A DNA stretch of 54,675 nt from an uncultured Candidatus Saccharibacteria bacterium (GTDB taxonomy: Bacteria; Patescibacteriota; Minisyncoccia; Phycocordibacterales; PALSA-1337). The notes below the pieces were generated by a model. It made no database searches, had not been told where the DNA came from, and saw only the letters and a list, made by a program, of their open reading frames with translations. The stretch spans positions 1 through 54,675 of the forward strand of contig CAYMGJ010000003.1 in NCBI GenBank assembly GCA_964389975.1, given 5' to 3'. Both the position numbers and the translations under genes were made by a program. Shown one piece after another: positions 25,707-35,335 of the stretch; position 1 is the stretch's first letter, and each line of letters begins with the position of its first letter.

Positions 25707-26813
25707 ATGAATATCGAATGCCCCCAAGAAAAACTAAAGGAAGCTGTGAATTATGCAGAAAGAATTGCAGGTAAACATATGACATTACCTGTACTCTCAT
25801 GTCTCCTTCTCGATGCATCATCAAAGAATGCACTCATAATTAAATCAACTAATTTAGATATTGGTTTTGAATTTTCAATTCCAGCAAAGATCAATGAAAC
25901 AGGTATAGTTGCAGTTCCAGGTTCTGTGTTGAATTCCTTCATAGGAAGCGTTACAGGAGGGGAGAAGGGGGTTACACTAGTCCTTGATCAAAATAATTTA
26001 AAAATAAGCACCTCACGCAGTTCTGGAACAATTAAGACCATTCCTCATGAAGACTTCCCAAGTATTCCACGAGCATCAACAGAAAATTCATTCACTCTCA
26101 ATGCTCATGAATTCGTAAAAGGACTTAAATCTGTATGGTATAGCTCATCAATTTCAAGTGTTAAGCCAGAACTTTCAAGTGTTTATGTCTACTGTGAAGG
26201 GGAATACGTTGTTTTCGTTGCAACAGATTCTTTTAGACTCGCTGAAAAGAAGGTAAAGGTTAGGAAGAACAAGGATTTCGGACAAATACTCATTCCATTT
26301 AAGAATATACCGGAGATAATAAGGGTTTTAGAGTCTATAAACGACGATGTTGAGGTTTGTTTGGATAAGAATCAAATATCCTTTACCTACAAAGGACTCT
26401 ATCTCATTTCTCGAGTTATCGACGGTGTCTTTCCTGATTATAAACAAATCATACCTAAACAAAGTACAACTGAAGCCATTGTTCTTAAACAAGATTTAAT
26501 TAATGCATTAAAGATATCAAATATATTTTCTGATAAGTTTAATCAGATAAATATAAAGATTGATATTGAAAACAAACAGGTTCAGATAAAAACAAAGAAC
26601 AATGATGTGGGGGAGAACAGTACATCACTCGATTCCGCTATTACTGGTGAGTCTATAGAAATAAACTTTAACTACAAGTATATCGTCGATTGTTTCCAGT
26701 CAATCGATTCAGACAGTGTCTCATTATCGTTTAATGGGCTTAATAGACCCCTTATCATCACTCCGGTATCAGATACAACCTTCCGGTATCTTGTGATGCC
26801 TATGAATAGATAA
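25707..26813 (+). CDS. dnaN: DNA polymerase III beta sliding clamp
   Basis: It is 368 aa, lies immediately after dnaA, has a three-domain clamp-like pattern and ends LVMPMNR. Confidence 0.9.
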   Translation: MNIECPQEKLKEAVNYAERIAGKHMTLPVLSCLLLDASSKNALIIKSTNLDIGFEFSIPAKINETGIVAVPGSVLNSFIGSVTGGEKGVTLVLDQNNLKISTSRSSGTIKTIPHEDFPSIPRASTENSFTLNAHEFVKGLKSVWYSSSISSVKPELSSVYVYCEGEYVVFVATDSFRLAEKKVKVRKNKDFGQILIPFKNIPEIIRVLESINDDVEVCLDKNQISFTYKGLYLISRVIDGVFPDYKQIIPKQSTTEAIVLKQDLINALKISNIFSDKFNQINIKIDIENKQVQIKTKNNDVGENSTSLDSAITGESIEINFNYKYIVDCFQSIDSDSVSLSFNGLNRPLIITPVSDTTFRYLVMPMNR

Positions 26814-26818
26814 AACGC

Positions 26819-27076
26819 ATGCAAGGTATAGGATCATTTTTTGATAAGTTTAAAAACAAAGCCGTAGAAGAAATACAGAGACGCTCTGTCATTAGTGATA
26901 TTCTATTTTCTGTTCTAAAGATACGAATAGAGCCTGAGCTAATCAATCTAAAGAACGGGGTTATTACCCTCAAGGGAAGTCATTTGTTTAAGAATGAGAT
27001 TTTTATAAAGAAACAATTGCTCCTTGATGCTTTTAAAAAACAATTACCACACACTCGTATTGTAGATATACGATAG
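26819..27076 (+). CDS. DUF721/DciA-like small protein (candidate replicative helicase operator)
   Basis: It is 85 aa and lies directly downstream of dnaN. The pattern LKNGVITLKGSHLFKNEIFIKKQLLLDAF resembles the DUF721 core. Confidence 0.45.
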   Translation: MQGIGSFFDKFKNKAVEEIQRRSVISDILFSVLKIRIEPELINLKNGVITLKGSHLFKNEIFIKKQLLLDAFKKQLPHTRIVDIR

Positions 27077-27077
27077 A

Positions 27078-29624
27078 TTATTTTTTGATATCAACCGTTA
27101 TACTAGCTTCACCCTTGTTAAGTACCGTATCATATCCAATTACTTTAATAACAGTTCTTTCAGGAAGATCACGTATGTCCTGAGGATTGAATATGATATT
27201 TTGAGGATCTTTTTCATTAAAGAGAAGATATTTACCATTTATATAGAGTTCTGTTTTCTTGAGAGGATATTTTCCTTTAGATACTACCGTTATGAGAATT
27301 TTTGAATTCCCATCAAGGGTTACAGAGTCTTTTGGAGAGGTAATTGTTATGGTTGGCGCATTTTCAGGAATATGAACATCGTCTTTTTCTGTTGGTATTA
27401 CAATTTCAGCAGCTTCTTTGAATGAAGGATTGTCTTTTGCCCATGTTTCAAACCACTTTCGTACCCCAAACTCCCAGTATTCATACTGAGAATCTTGTTG
27501 TGGTTCTTTAGGAATATCACCACGAGGGTTATCTTTATCAACCCAGTGAAGAATCGAATGAACACCATTAAAAATAGTTTCTTGAGTTAATTCATGAGGG
27601 GTAAGGTCAGTTGCTATCTTTCCAGAAACACTATCAGTTTTATACGATACTCCACCTTTCCATATTCCACGAAGAGTTGGTTTTAAATCAGTATCTGTTT
27701 GTTCTGGTTTCTTGAAGTATTCTCGAGGAAGACTTGCATTAATTTCAGACATAAACGCTCCCCATACAGGTGCAATGATGAGACCTGCAACCTTTTTGTC
27801 CATAGGGGTATTATCATTCTTTCCTGCCCATGCACCAACAACAATGTTTGGAGTATATCCTTCAATCCAAACATCACGAAAATCATTTGTTGTTCCTGTT
27901 TTTATAGCAACATCACGAGAACCAAGGTTTTCTGCGATAGGGTTAAGAGTACTAAGTCGAACCTTTTTGTCAGACAAGATATCATTGATGAGTCGACTAA
28001 TTTCTGTAGGAATACTTTGTTCGGGATTAAGCTGGGCTTCTTCAAGTATTTTTCCCTGAGCATCTTCAACCTTAAGCACAGATCTATAGTGGTTTCGAAT
28101 TCCATCGTTAGCAAATACACCATACGCACTTGTAAGTTCAAGAAGTGATACTTCACCACCTCCAAGAACAAGAGTGAGTCCATATCGATTCGGATCCTTT
28201 AAACTTGTTATACCCATAGATTCAGCTGTATTGATTGATTTTGGAATACCCGCTAGATACAGGGCTTTTACAGCAGGAACGTTACGAGATTGAGCAAGGG
28301 CTGTTCTCATGGTCATAGGACCTTCAAAAATACCATCATATTCTTCAGGGGAATAGCAGTCTTTCTTTGGATCACCCTCAGGATCTTTAAGTTCTCCTTC
28401 CACAGTACATCGAGTAGAAAATTCTGTAGGAACATCGAAAAGAACTGTTTCAGGAGTATATCCCTTCATGAATGCTGTTGCATACACGAAAGGTTTAAAT
28501 GTTGATCCTGGTTGTCGTAGGGCAGTGGCTACATTGAAATTACCATCAATCTCTTTGTCAAAATAGTTACGAGATCCAACCATAACAAGTACATCACCAT
28601 TCTTTGGATCAATAGCAACCATAGCTGTATTACTTGCATTAAATGAACTCTCAAGATTTGGTGCAAAGTTACTAATCACTTTTTCAGCTTTGTCTTGCAT
28701 TGAAAAATCAAGAGTTGTTGTGACTTTCAACCCTCCATCTTCAACCATCTCTTCTCCATATTTTGAAACAAGATAGTCTTTAACATAGAGGGCAAAGTGA
28801 GGTGCTCGTATTCCTGTGGTGTTTTTCTCAAGAAAAACAACCTCTTTTTTCAAAGCATCCTTATATTCATCATTAGTAATAAACCCATTCTCTTTCATTT
28901 TAAGAAGAACAAGTTTCTGTCTTGCATCAAGGCGATCTTTGTTTTTTCCGTAAGGGGAATAGAAGGTGGGGGCCTGGGGAATTGCCGCTATATATGCAGC
29001 CTCAGCAAGGTTTATGTCTCGTGCTGATTTTCCAAAAAATGTTTTACTTGCTTCTTCAACTCCATAAATATTTCCACCATAAGGAGTTTCATTGAGATAT
29101 GTTGAAAGAATCTGATCTTTTGTAAGGAATCTCTCGAGTTTAAGGGCAAGGATCCATTCCTTGAGTTTTCTGGTTAGGGTTTTGTCTTTTGTAAGTACAG
29201 AGTTTTTTATAACTTGTTGAGTTATCGTTGAGCCTCCTTGAGTAAGTCCAGCACCAGGAGTTATGTTTGCAAGGAGGGCACGAAGAATTGCTGTTGGTTT
29301 TATCCCTTTATGTGAATAGAATTCATTGTCTTCAATTGCAATCGTTGCATCCTTTATATCCTGAGAGATAGTTTCAAAAGGAATAATAGTACGACGTGTG
29401 TCATTGTGAACATCATAGAGGAGAACTTCTCCTGTGCGATCATATATTTTTGTAGACTGAGATACCTTTCTTGTCTCAAAAGCACTTAAATCAGGTATTT
29501 GTAGGGTTGAAAACCAGATAATAACAAAACTAGATAATATAAAACACCCCGATATAAGTAATACAACAAGAGGCTTTATCAACTTCCAAAGAGCTCTTCT
29601 GAGCAGGCTTTTTCTATGACTCAT
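27078..29624 (-). CDS. Bifunctional class A penicillin-binding protein (glycosyltransferase/transpeptidase), PBP1A family
   Basis: The GT51 motifs are AIEDNEFYSHKGI, GGSTITQQVIKN and RKLKEW. The transpeptidase motifs are STFKP and KTGTTND. It has an N-terminal transmembrane anchor and a C-terminal extension of about 150 aa. Confidence 0.9.
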   Translation of the reverse strand: MSHRKSLLRRALWKLIKPLVVLLISGCFILSSFVIIWFSTLQIPDLSAFETRKVSQSTKIYDRTGEVLLYDVHNDTRRTIIPFETISQDIKDATIAIEDNEFYSHKGIKPTAILRALLANITPGAGLTQGGSTITQQVIKNSVLTKDKTLTRKLKEWILALKLERFLTKDQILSTYLNETPYGGNIYGVEEASKTFFGKSARDINLAEAAYIAAIPQAPTFYSPYGKNKDRLDARQKLVLLKMKENGFITNDEYKDALKKEVVFLEKNTTGIRAPHFALYVKDYLVSKYGEEMVEDGGLKVTTTLDFSMQDKAEKVISNFAPNLESSFNASNTAMVAIDPKNGDVLVMVGSRNYFDKEIDGNFNVATALRQPGSTFKPFVYATAFMKGYTPETVLFDVPTEFSTRCTVEGELKDPEGDPKKDCYSPEEYDGIFEGPMTMRTALAQSRNVPAVKALYLAGIPKSINTAESMGITSLKDPNRYGLTLVLGGGEVSLLELTSAYGVFANDGIRNHYRSVLKVEDAQGKILEEAQLNPEQSIPTEISRLINDILSDKKVRLSTLNPIAENLGSRDVAIKTGTTNDFRDVWIEGYTPNIVVGAWAGKNDNTPMDKKVAGLIIAPVWGAFMSEINASLPREYFKKPEQTDTDLKPTLRGIWKGGVSYKTDSVSGKIATDLTPHELTQETIFNGVHSILHWVDKDNPRGDIPKEPQQDSQYEYWEFGVRKWFETWAKDNPSFKEAAEIVIPTEKDDVHIPENAPTITITSPKDSVTLDGNSKILITVVSKGKYPLKKTELYINGKYLLFNEKDPQNIIFNPQDIRDLPERTVIKVIGYDTVLNKGEASITVDIKK

Positions 29625-29669
29625 TTCGAAATTTTATCATAAATATGGTACATTACATAGTATACATAT

Positions 29670-30893
29670 ATGTCATGGTTTAAAGAAAAAAAAGTAATAA
29701 CTGATGAATCTCGTATCGACGAAGTACTTACTCGTGGAGTAGAGAACATATTTCCTAACAAGGATTTTATTAAAAGTAAGTTTTTAAGGGGTGAGAAGCT
29801 CTCTTTCTATCTCGGTGTAGACCCAACATCACCATCTCTTCATCTTGGTCATGCAATACCACTTAAGAAACTTGGTGAACTTCAAAAGCTTGGTCATAAG
29901 ATAATATTTCTTGTGGGAGATTTCACTGCAATGATAGGTGATCCGACTGATAAAACTGCAACAAGAAAAAAACTTACAAGAGACCAGGTTCTCGCCAATT
30001 GTCGGGAATACAAGAAACAAGCATCAACATTTATCTCTTTCTCAGGTGATAATAAGGCAGATATGCGTTTCAATTCAGAATGGCTTTCATCTATGTCTTT
30101 TGAAGATGTCCTTGAACTCTCATCTCATATGACGGTTAATCAAATGTTGAAAAGAGATATGTTTGCTCGTCGTATTCAAGATGACAAACCACTTTTCATT
30201 CACGAATTTATGTACCCTCTAATGCAAGGATATGATTCTGTTGCTCTTGAGGTTGATGGGGAAGTTGGGGGAAATGATCAAACATTTAACATGCTTGCGG
30301 GAAGAGATTTTGTAAAAGATTTTAAACAGAAAGAAAAGTGTGTTATCGCAATGAAACTCCTCACTGATTCTTCGGGAAAGAAGATGGGTAAGACTGATGG
30401 AAATGCTGTGAGTCTTGATCAATCCCCAGAAGATATGTTTGGAAAGGTAATGAGCTGGAGTGATGATCTCATTGTTACAGGTTTTGAATTGATAACAGAT
30501 AAATCTCTTTCAGAAATTGAAGAAATTAAAAATAGATTACATCAGGGAGAAAATCCTCGAGACTTGAAAGCACTTCTCGCTTTCTCACTCGTTGAAAGTA
30601 TTCATGGCAATGAATATGCACTTCGAGCTCAAGAGTCTTTTGAAAATACATTTAAAAAAGGAGAAGTTCCTAATGATATCCCTACCATTTCTGGAGAAAA
30701 GGGTGCTGTGATAAAAGATATCATTGTTCGAGAGGGGATAGTTAGTTCAAATGCTGAGTGGAGAAGGCTCATTGAATCAAAGGCTGTGTCATATGTAGAA
30801 AGTGAAGAGGTTGTAACTGATCCCTATATAAAACTTGAAGATACTGTAGTTCTTCGAATTGGAAAGAAAAGATTTGTAAAAATACAGATATAA
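29670..30893 (+). CDS. tyrS: Tyrosyl-tRNA synthetase
   Basis: The HIGH motif is in DPTSPSLHLGH and the KMSKS-type motif is KMGKT. It has a C-terminal S4-like domain and is 407 aa. Confidence 0.85.
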   Translation: MSWFKEKKVITDESRIDEVLTRGVENIFPNKDFIKSKFLRGEKLSFYLGVDPTSPSLHLGHAIPLKKLGELQKLGHKIIFLVGDFTAMIGDPTDKTATRKKLTRDQVLANCREYKKQASTFISFSGDNKADMRFNSEWLSSMSFEDVLELSSHMTVNQMLKRDMFARRIQDDKPLFIHEFMYPLMQGYDSVALEVDGEVGGNDQTFNMLAGRDFVKDFKQKEKCVIAMKLLTDSSGKKMGKTDGNAVSLDQSPEDMFGKVMSWSDDLIVTGFELITDKSLSEIEEIKNRLHQGENPRDLKALLAFSLVESIHGNEYALRAQESFENTFKKGEVPNDIPTISGEKGAVIKDIIVREGIVSSNAEWRRLIESKAVSYVESEEVVTDPYIKLEDTVVLRIGKKRFVKIQI

Positions 30894-30922
30894 ACAAAAA
30901 AGCCCCAAAGGGCTTTTTTGTT
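30893..30922. terminator. Bidirectional intrinsic terminator
   Basis: aacaaaaaagccc / caaa / gggcttttttgtt forms a 13-bp stem between the convergent tyrS and the small acidic ORF. Confidence 0.75.
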
Positions 30923-31136
30923 ATTCCTCCCACTTATCTCTAAATGGGTCAACCTCATCATCATCGAGGTCGAGAGTGTCATCATCACCAAGAGCGTCTT
31001 CAATATCATCACTAAGAAGAACCTCCTCATCAACCTCTTTCTCTGCATCCTCATCATCTTTAATTTCTTTCACCTCTCCCTCTTCTTCTTTGGTTGTTTT
31101 TTTCTTTTTTAATTCAATGTCTTTTGACTTTGGCAT
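30921..31136 (-). CDS. Small, extremely acidic hypothetical protein (71 aa)
   Basis: By direct count, 32 of 71 residues are Asp or Glu. A basic N-terminal patch KKKKTTK is present. The gene sits between the ruvC hairpin and a strong terminator. The two + strand ORFs over the same DNA are low-complexity shadows. Confidence 0.5.
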   Translation of the reverse strand: MPKSKDIELKKKKTTKEEEGEVKEIKDDEDAEKEVDEEVLLSDDIEDALGDDDTLDLDDDEVDPFRDKWEE

Positions 31137-31202
31137 TGTCGTGTGTAAATCACTATTTTTAATTTCATATTTGTAACAAAACTGTTACTTTTTTGCAAAT
31201 TT

Positions 31203-31691
31203 CTAGACTTGGGGATAACTTCGTTTTTGTTTATGGGACTCATGAGCATCGCAGGTGAGGGCAACTGCTATCGCATCATATTCATCATCAAGGGCTTTTT
31301 TGAGCTTTGTTTTAAGAAGAAGAGGTATCATTTTTATAATCTGTGTCTTGTCACTTCCACCATGTCCTGTAACAGCAAGTTTAATTTGAGGAGGGCTGTA
31401 TTCAAAGAGGGGAATGTCTTTGAGTATAGCTTCATATGATATGACACCACGAGCCTCAGCAACCTTCATTGCTGTTTTCTGGTTTTTAGTTACAAAGAGA
31501 GATTCAAGAGCCATTGCCTCAGGTTTAAATTCCTCGATGACGACACGTATACGTAAACCGATCTCACGCAGACGTATATGAAAATCATCTTTAGGAGATG
31601 TTGTGAAGCATTCAGAGTGTACAAGAATACCATTGTCGATAACGGCAATTCCAAGTCGATCATATCCTGGATCTATTCCAAGAATTCTCAT
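31203..31691 (-). CDS. ruvC: Crossover junction endodeoxyribonuclease RuvC
   Basis: MRILGIDPGYDRLGIAVI, a C-terminal acidic residue in DDEYDAIAVAL, and the ruvC-yebC-ruvB neighbourhood support the call. Confidence 0.9.
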   Translation of the reverse strand: MRILGIDPGYDRLGIAVIDNGILVHSECFTTSPKDDFHIRLREIGLRIRVVIEEFKPEAMALESLFVTKNQKTAMKVAEARGVISYEAILKDIPLFEYSPPQIKLAVTGHGGSDKTQIIKMIPLLLKTKLKKALDDEYDAIAVALTCDAHESHKQKRSYPQV

Positions 31692-31696
31692 GAATA

Positions 31697-32227
31697 TTAT
31701 TCTGCGTTAGTGATGACATTCTGAACCTCATCGTTTTCCTCAAGTGCTTCAACAAGAATTTGAAGCTTCTCTATATCACCATCTTCAAGTGGCATAGTTG
31801 AATTAGCAACCCATCCCTCATGTGTCTTTGTAAATGCCCATGATGCACTTCCTGGTGCAGCGAGTTCACTCCCATTTAGAGAGAGAATGTGTTTTATTTC
31901 TTGTGCAGCTTTGTTTCTGTTGTCAGTTAGAACATCAATGAGAATTGCTATCCCTCCAGGACCATATGACTCATAGACGATAGATTCCATACTTGCTGAG
32001 GCATCAGTGGTTGCTTTCTTGATTGCTCGCTCAATGGTGTCATTGGGCATGTTTTCTTTCTTCGCTTTCTCAATTGCAAGAGCAAGTCCGGGAGACTTAA
32101 GATTTCCTCCAGCCTTCTTTGCCTCTACAGTAATGAAGCGAACAAGTTTTCCAAACACCTTACTCTTCTGCGCATCATTTTTTGCCTTCTGATGTTTAAT
32201 TTTTGAAAATTTATTATGTCCTGCCAT
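31697..32227 (-). CDS. yebC: YebC/PmpR-family protein, shortened form
   Basis: MAGHNKFSKIKHQKA, MPNDTIERAIKK and YESYGPGGIAILIDVLTDNRNK are present. It is only 176 aa, compared with about 240 aa typically. Confidence 0.8.
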   Translation of the reverse strand: MAGHNKFSKIKHQKAKNDAQKSKVFGKLVRFITVEAKKAGGNLKSPGLALAIEKAKKENMPNDTIERAIKKATTDASASMESIVYESYGPGGIAILIDVLTDNRNKAAQEIKHILSLNGSELAAPGSASWAFTKTHEGWVANSTMPLEDGDIEKLQILVEALEENDEVQNVITNAE

Positions 32228-32234
32228 ATATTTG

Positions 32235-33239
32235 TTATATTAATTTTCTAACAACACCTTTGATATTAAGATGTTCATATGCTTTGTCAGTAACAACCCT
32301 ACCACGGGGAGTTCTTTCAATGAGTCCCAATTGAAGAAGATACGGTTCATAGACTTCTTCAATTGTTGCTTGTTCTTCGGAAAGAGCTGCGCCCAGTGTA
32401 TTGAGCCCTACTGGTCCACCACCAAATTTCTCTATCATAATCTTGAGAATATCTCGATCTGCAGAGTTGAGTCCTAGTATATCAATACCAAGCATTGCAA
32501 GGGCTTTCTCTACAACGGGCTTGGTAAGGGGGGTTTTTTCAATTTGCGCATAATCTCTGCAACGTTTGAGGAAGTAGTTTGCTGTACGAGGGGTAAAGCG
32601 ACTTCTAACCGCTATCTCATGTACTGCTTCAGGATGTATTTCAATTCCAAGAATATCTGCTGATCTTTTAATGATCTGACCAATTTCGTGCTCGGTATAG
32701 AATTCGAGTTTGAATACTCCACCAGAGAATCTTGAACGGAGAGGGGAGGATATCATCGCTATTCGTGTCGTTGCTGCTATTAATGTGAATTGTGGAAGTT
32801 CAAGTTGAATAGTTCGCGCTGAAGGACCCTTTCCAATGATGATATCAAGGCTACCAGATTCCATTGCTGGATAGAGGACCTCTTCAATTGCTTTGTTAAG
32901 TCTGTGTATTTCATCAATGAACAAAATATCTCCTTGTGAGAGGTTGGTAAGTATTGAAGCAAGATCACCAACCTTGAGTATTGCTGGTCCAGACGTCACC
33001 TTCATTTGCGAACCCGTCTCTTTGGCTATGAGATGGGCGAGGGTAGTCTTTCCAAGACCAGGGGGGCCATAGAAAAGTATGTGTTCAGGGGGGTGTTTTC
33101 TCTCTTGTGCAGCAGTCAAAAGCACATGAAGGTTGTCCTTTATATTCTTTTGGCCAATGTAGTCAGCCCAACGCCCTGGTCGAAGGGTGTGGTCGAGGTA
33201 GCCCGTCTCTTTTTCTTGGGGTGTAATATCACTTGACAT
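32235..33239 (-). CDS. ruvB: Holliday junction branch migration helicase RuvB
   Basis: Walker A is GPPGLGKTTLA and Walker B is ILFIDEIHRL, with the TTRIAMISSPLRSRF sensor region. Confidence 0.95.
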   Translation of the reverse strand: MSSDITPQEKETGYLDHTLRPGRWADYIGQKNIKDNLHVLLTAAQERKHPPEHILFYGPPGLGKTTLAHLIAKETGSQMKVTSGPAILKVGDLASILTNLSQGDILFIDEIHRLNKAIEEVLYPAMESGSLDIIIGKGPSARTIQLELPQFTLIAATTRIAMISSPLRSRFSGGVFKLEFYTEHEIGQIIKRSADILGIEIHPEAVHEIAVRSRFTPRTANYFLKRCRDYAQIEKTPLTKPVVEKALAMLGIDILGLNSADRDILKIMIEKFGGGPVGLNTLGAALSEEQATIEEVYEPYLLQLGLIERTPRGRVVTDKAYEHLNIKGVVRKLI

Positions 33240-33290
33240 ATTTTGTATTGTATGCTAAGCTTTCAGTGAAAAGGTAGTTTTCCGACATAT

Positions 33291-33458
33291 CAGATTCATA
33301 AATCTCTAAACAATATAGCCTGTTTACTCAGGTTATCTGACATAATATTGAGGACATTCTGGTTATCACCCCGTGTGTATGTACTGGGGTTATCCTTGAG
33401 ATTACGTTTAACTTTTGGTGATCGCATTAAAAGTATTGTTTAGAGATTCATGCATCTG
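33291..33458. repeat. Imperfect 25-bp inverted repeat enclosing about 118 bp that carries three GGTTATC heptamers
   Basis: The left arm at 33291-33315 pairs with the right arm at 33434-33458 with about 2 mismatches. GGTTATC occurs at 33331, 33361 and 33388. The intergenic region is ORF-free. Confidence 0.55.
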
Positions 33459-33548
33459 AGTTTCTCTCTGAGATCTGCATATAATGGTACTCTTCTTTCA
33501 GGAAAATTCAATTGACACTACTTTTTTTATGCTTCGTAAGTCGATTCT

Positions 33549-35219
33549 CTAATCTTCAATTGTGATAACACGCTCAAGTTCATCAAGGGAAGTGACTCCT
33601 TTGATGATTTTTAATATCCCATCTTGTTTCATAGTGAGAATTCCTTGAGGTGCTGCAGCTTTCTCAATTTCTTCTTCACTCGGATTGTTATCAATGACCA
33701 TAACAACTTCTGGAGTGAGTCTTAGTCCCTCATAAATACCAATTCGTCCCTTGTATCCTGTATTGTTACAGTACTCACATCCATTCGCTGTATATACGTT
33801 CTGTGGAAGGGCAGGGATTTCACTCTTGTCATAGATGGTTGCAAGAACATCATCAATTCTTTTCTTTGTGATACCCTCATAGGCAACTGGTTTTTTACAT
33901 TTCTCACACAACTTTCGCACAAGACGTTGTGCAAGACTAATATTGATTGCAGAACTCATAATTTTAGAATTGATACCAAGATCAATGAGGCGAGGGAATG
34001 CTCCAGCAGCACTGTTTGTGTGAAGTGTTGAAAAAACAAGATGGCCTGTAAGTGATGAATTGATAGCGATGGAAGCCGTCTCGCTATCACGTATCTCACC
34101 GACCATGATGACATCAGGATCTTGTCGAAGTGCAGATCGAAGACCTTCAAGAAATGTGTATCCTTTGTCATTTGTCTGTGTTTGGACAATACCAGGAAGA
34201 TGATATTCAATCGGATCTTCTATTGTAATTATCTTCACGGTAGGGTTATGAACTTTCTTGAGGAAGGCATAGAGAGTAGTTGTTTTTCCGGAACCAGTAG
34301 GGCCGGTGGTAAGGAGCATTCCATTTGGTTTTGTTATCTCCCGCTCAAGTACCGCAAGAAGTTTCGGAGGAATACCAAGTTCTTCCATAGGGACACCAAT
34401 TGATTTTGGATTAAGGATACGCATTACAATTGATTCATTGTATGCACCAGGGAGTACTGAAGTACGAATTTCAATATCAGCTGTTCCAATATGAACACTG
34501 AATCGTCCATCTTGAGCATCCTTTTTGATATTTAGCTTAAGACCAGAAAGAAGTTTAATACGAGAAAGAAGAAGATTGTATGTATCTTTGTCGAAGTTGA
34601 TGACATTTACAAGTACACCATCGAGACGATATCGAAGACGAATATACTCTTCTTCAGGTTCAATGTGTACATCTGAAGCATTTGTACCAAGTGCTCCTGC
34701 AAGAATGGTTTCAAGTATACGAGATACTCGATAGCTTTTTTTCATTGAAAGAGTTGATTCCAAGAGAGAGATGATTTCAGGGAGACCTTTTGCTTGCTCC
34801 ATGATATGGGTCATCTCATCACTTGCAATTTCAAGAGACCCCGCTTTACTCTCATAGGCAAAAGAAAGATCTTTGTACGAAATCCATGCACGTTCAAGAC
34901 TTGCTGTTGAAGCAATGGTGAGAGTGGGGGAGAATCCTTTCTCTTTAAGAGAGGACATAACCTCTTCTATACCAGGAAGTTCTGGCATACGTGCTGCAAT
35001 TTTTACCTTTTTGTCTACCAGAGAGTATGCGGCAATTTTTAATTCACGAGCTTTCGTCTCTTCGATAAGTCGGAGAGCATCAGTGTTGATAATAGTTATG
35101 GAGAGATCAACATATTCAAGACCATACTTAGCAGAAAGAAGTTGAACAAGTTCTTCCTCTTCTCGACGATGAAGATCATTGATTTTTCTATTCTGCTTAT
35201 CTTCGTCAAATTGAATCAT
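33549..35219 (-). CDS. pilB: Type IV pilus / type II secretion family assembly ATPase (PilB/GspE-like)
   Basis: Walker A is TGPTGSGKTTTLYA. The Asp box, Walker B GEIRD, the His box TGHLVFSTLHTN and a tetracysteine CEKC...CEYC motif are present. Confidence 0.9.
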   Translation of the reverse strand: MIQFDEDKQNRKINDLHRREEEELVQLLSAKYGLEYVDLSITIINTDALRLIEETKARELKIAAYSLVDKKVKIAARMPELPGIEEVMSSLKEKGFSPTLTIASTASLERAWISYKDLSFAYESKAGSLEIASDEMTHIMEQAKGLPEIISLLESTLSMKKSYRVSRILETILAGALGTNASDVHIEPEEEYIRLRYRLDGVLVNVINFDKDTYNLLLSRIKLLSGLKLNIKKDAQDGRFSVHIGTADIEIRTSVLPGAYNESIVMRILNPKSIGVPMEELGIPPKLLAVLEREITKPNGMLLTTGPTGSGKTTTLYAFLKKVHNPTVKIITIEDPIEYHLPGIVQTQTNDKGYTFLEGLRSALRQDPDVIMVGEIRDSETASIAINSSLTGHLVFSTLHTNSAAGAFPRLIDLGINSKIMSSAINISLAQRLVRKLCEKCKKPVAYEGITKKRIDDVLATIYDKSEIPALPQNVYTANGCEYCNNTGYKGRIGIYEGLRLTPEVVMVIDNNPSEEEIEKAAAPQGILTMKQDGILKIIKGVTSLDELERVITIED

Positions 35220-35260
35220 TATGCATGTAATTATATCCTACGCTTAACTTTTACCACCCA

Positions 35261-35290
35261 TTGACTTAAGTATATATATTATGATATAAT
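35261..35290 (+). promoter_or_regulatory. Near-consensus promoter (TTGACT, 18 nt spacer, TGaTATAAT)
   Basis: The -35 element is at 35261-35266 and the extended -10 is at 35282-35290. It lies upstream of the lipoprotein ORF. Confidence 0.55.
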
Positions 35291-35335
35291 ATATACAACC
35301 TAAACAATGATGTTTAAGTTAAAGAAAGGCTCTTT

